Part shown: piece by piece, positions 61,736 through 64,000 of the stretch
Layout of the letters: every line of letters starts with the position of its first letter
How positions within the stretch are numbered: position 1 is the stretch's first letter
DNA from: Candidatus Doudnabacteria bacterium
Lineage (GTDB): Bacteria; Patescibacteriota; Doudnabacteria; UBA920; 2-01-FULL-46-14
Length of the DNA stretch: 64,000 nucleotides
Direction of reading: 5' to 3'
Assembly: GCA_041497195.1 (NCBI GenBank)
Contig: JBGQGB010000004.1
Location: 1,770 to 65,769, forward strand
The notes under the pieces: generated by a model
The model's input: the letters and a program-made list of their open reading frames with translations, nothing else
Databases searched by the model: none
Told to the model about the DNA's origin: nothing
Position numbers and translations under genes: made by a program

Positions 61736-62721
61736 TTGATAAAGCTCGCGTCAAAGGCCCAGCGCGTGCAACGGGCGACTTCGGCAGCGCTCAAGATTTT
61801 TTCTTTTTTGAGAAACTCTTGCTCCTTGTAGATATTCGTCCGGTACATTTCCGGTCCGTCGGTATTGATAGTGAACCGGACATGATTTTTCAGAAGCGTC
61901 CGCAGCGCTAGTTTGAGTTCGGCCGGATTTTTCATCACGCTGTTGCGCAAGTTCGACGTCGGGCAGATTTCCAGAGTAATTTTGTTTTTTGCCGTTTCTT
62001 TCATGAGTTCCCGGTCCTTGTAGCAGAGGATGCCGTGGCCAATCCGGTCTGGTCTGATTTCCCGGACCACGTACCACATTTCTTCCAGACCGTTTTCCTC
62101 GCCAGTGTGCACGGTGATACCCAGTCCGGCGCGTTTGGCTTGCTGAAACAACGGTGCTAGTTGCTTCATGGAAAAAGTTTTTCGCCACGGCCCTGCCACG
62201 TCCACGCCGATGACGCCCTGCGATTTGTATTTGATTGCTTTCTTGAGGATTATTTCGTTTTGTTTGAAACTTAACGTTCGATCCATCATCAGGATTATTC
62301 CGGCTTTGACCTGCGGGTATTCCAGCGTGGCTTTGTCCAGGCCCCAGACTGCGGACATGATGATATGGTCGAGATCGCGTTCACCGCCGCGGTTACGTTT
62401 CATGGGATTGAATCGTAGTTCCTGCAGGACCAGATTGCAGGCCCGGTAGCCTCCGCCGATGACGCTTTTGACCGACTCCTCCACGGCTTCCGGAGAGGAC
62501 TGGATCAGTTCAGTCCAGCGGAAAAAATGATAATGCATTTCATTCAGGTTTTTGTTCCGTTCGTTTCCGCTCATAGTGATGAGTTTCTCGAAATCCCAGT
62601 AATTTTTACTGGGCAGTTTGATTCCTTGGCGGTGGGCGATAGACCACAAAAGAGGCGGATCAACAGCCGCACCCAGGTGGGTATGCAGTTCTGCTCTAGG
62701 AGTAGTAGTTTTTTGCGGCAT
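61732..62721 (-). CDS. add: Adenosine/AMP deaminase family protein
   Basis: ELHTHL, ELRF.P, G.DvAG, VHTGE, RIGHG, EICPTSN, INTDGP; ATGA-coupled to guaA. Confidence 0.85.
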   Translation of the reverse strand: MPQKTTTPRAELHTHLGAAVDPPLLWSIAHRQGIKLPSKNYWDFEKLITMSGNERNKNLNEMHYHFFRWTELIQSSPEAVEESVKSVIGGGYRACNLVLQELRFNPMKRNRGGERDLDHIIMSAVWGLDKATLEYPQVKAGIILMMDRTLSFKQNEIILKKAIKYKSQGVIGVDVAGPWRKTFSMKQLAPLFQQAKRAGLGITVHTGEENGLEEMWYVVREIRPDRIGHGILCYKDRELMKETAKNKITLEICPTSNLRNSVMKNPAELKLALRTLLKNHVRFTINTDGPEMYRTNIYKEQEFLKKEKILSAAEVARCTRWAFDASFIK

Positions 62722-62752
62722 GTTGCTATCCAAAAATTAAAAAGAAAAACTG

Positions 62753-63811
62753 CTAGTAGTTGGGTGCCCTTTTGGTGATTGTGATTGAATGCGGATGGGA
62801 TTCACGCAGGCCGGCATTGGTAATGCGGATGAAGCGGGCTTGCTTCCACATCGCCTCGATAGAGCGGGCGCCGATATAGCCCATGCCCGAGCGCAGCCCG
62901 CCGGTGATCTGTTCCACGACGTCTTTTACCGGTCCTTTGTATTGCACAGCTCCGGTGACGCCCTCGGGGATTTTGATTCGGGCATTTTTCTGAAAATAGC
63001 GGTCAGAGGAACGGTTGCTCTGCATGGCTTCGAAACTGCCCATACCCCGATAGGTTTTCATCAGCTCTCCGTGAAGCTTCTCGATTTTGCCAGGGGTTTC
63101 TTTGGTCCCAGCTAGCATGGAGCCCAGCATCACGGTCGAGGCCCCGGCGGCCAAGGCTTTGACCACGTCTCCGGAGTAGCGCACGCCGCCGTCGGCAATG
63201 ACCGGGATTTTTTTCTTTTTGACTATTTCTACGACATTCAAAATCGCGGTCAATTGTGGGACGCCGACTCCTGCCACGACCCGAGTCGTGCAGATGGAGC
63301 CTGGGCCAATGCCGACTTTGATGCCATCAGCAAATTTGGCCAACTCAACTGCTGCTTCACGGGTGGCGATATTGCCGACTATGAGCTGGGCCTTGGTAGC
63401 TTTTTTTATTTCTCGCGCACTTTTGAGGGCGCGCAAGTTGTGCGCATGCGCAGTGTCAACGACGATGACGTCAGCGCCGGCTTTGTCGAGGGCGAGAGCA
63501 CGCTCGAGGTCGCCCGGGCCAACTGCGGCCGCGGCCAGAACCCCGGCGCGTTTAACAGCCTTGAGCATGCCAACTTGTTTTTCTATCGAGCAATTGCGGT
63601 GCAGGACCGCGACGCCGCCGAGTTTGCCCAAAGAAATAGCCATGGCGGTTTCGGAAACCGTATCCATGGCTGCGGCTATAATCGGGATTTGGATGGTAAG
63701 TTTTTTGGTTAGACGAGTTCGAAGAGTGACCTCGCCTCGACTGACTCCTGACGCTTGAGGTTGCAGAAGTACGTCATCAAAAGTTAATCCTAGTGGAAAT
63801 TGCACGTCCAT
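62753..63811 (-). CDS. guaB: IMP dehydrogenase lacking the CBS subdomain
   Basis: [44 protein letters not shown]; only 352 aa. Confidence 0.95.
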   Translation of the reverse strand: MDVQFPLGLTFDDVLLQPQASGVSRGEVTLRTRLTKKLTIQIPIIAAAMDTVSETAMAISLGKLGGVAVLHRNCSIEKQVGMLKAVKRAGVLAAAAVGPGDLERALALDKAGADVIVVDTAHAHNLRALKSAREIKKATKAQLIVGNIATREAAVELAKFADGIKVGIGPGSICTTRVVAGVGVPQLTAILNVVEIVKKKKIPVIADGGVRYSGDVVKALAAGASTVMLGSMLAGTKETPGKIEKLHGELMKTYRGMGSFEAMQSNRSSDRYFQKNARIKIPEGVTGAVQYKGPVKDVVEQITGGLRSGMGYIGARSIEAMWKQARFIRITNAGLRESHPHSITITKRAPNY

Positions 63812-64000
63812 AATCTATTATATAGGAAAGGTCTTATTTTTGGCAAATTTCCAAAACTCGGAACCTGCCTGAAAGATCTTTATGAAATTCGGGCTTGGTT
63901 CTGGGGAAGTATTTTTTGGAGATTCGCCACACCGCCTGTTTTTGCCGCGGATCAAATTCTATTAGCACAACACTCGCGCCAATTCTGTCTTTGGCAGCTT

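Noticed and set aside
1-64000. UGA recoding (genetic code 25)
   Set aside because: Long conserved genes translate without internal stops in code 11, and several end properly at TGA (e.g. recX, gatC, add).

Overview
Chromosomal window from a bacterium whose gene content points to Patescibacteria/CPR. This is inferred from a stand-alone PrgI/VirB4/VirB6-like locus, DUF5667 proteins, a type-2 IleRS, many leaderless genes and secreted Ig-like/beta-propeller proteins. Housekeeping genes: ileS, recO, pcrA, rsmA, recG, comF, clpC, recX, lemA-htpX, gatCAB, miaA, thrS with a T-box leader, dnaE, rodA and rplY. Also present: a ~15 kb T4SS-like envelope locus (16.3-31.3 kb) with no relaxase, VirD4 or integrase in view, an ECF sigma/anti-sigma pair with a predicted autoregulatory promoter, a purine interconversion cluster (guaB-add-guaA-purA) and three tRNAs (Arg-GCG, Ser-UGA, Ser-GCU). 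Most unusual signals: (1) both tRNA-Ser genes sit in or beside degenerate tRNA-Ser copies interrupted by inverted-repeat-bounded insertions, one of which contains the intact tRNA gene itself; (2) a V-[LAQ]-G-[AT] motif recurs in six unrelated exported proteins; (3) heptamer-repeat hairpins, one enclosing a probable four-helix-bundle gene remnant; (4) several small ORFs or transcription units missing from the ORF track; (5) a divergent PurA, and an ADA-like enzyme that may act on AMP. No CRISPR array, rRNA, transposase or integrase was seen. All family assignments come from motif recognition by eye, not database searches.
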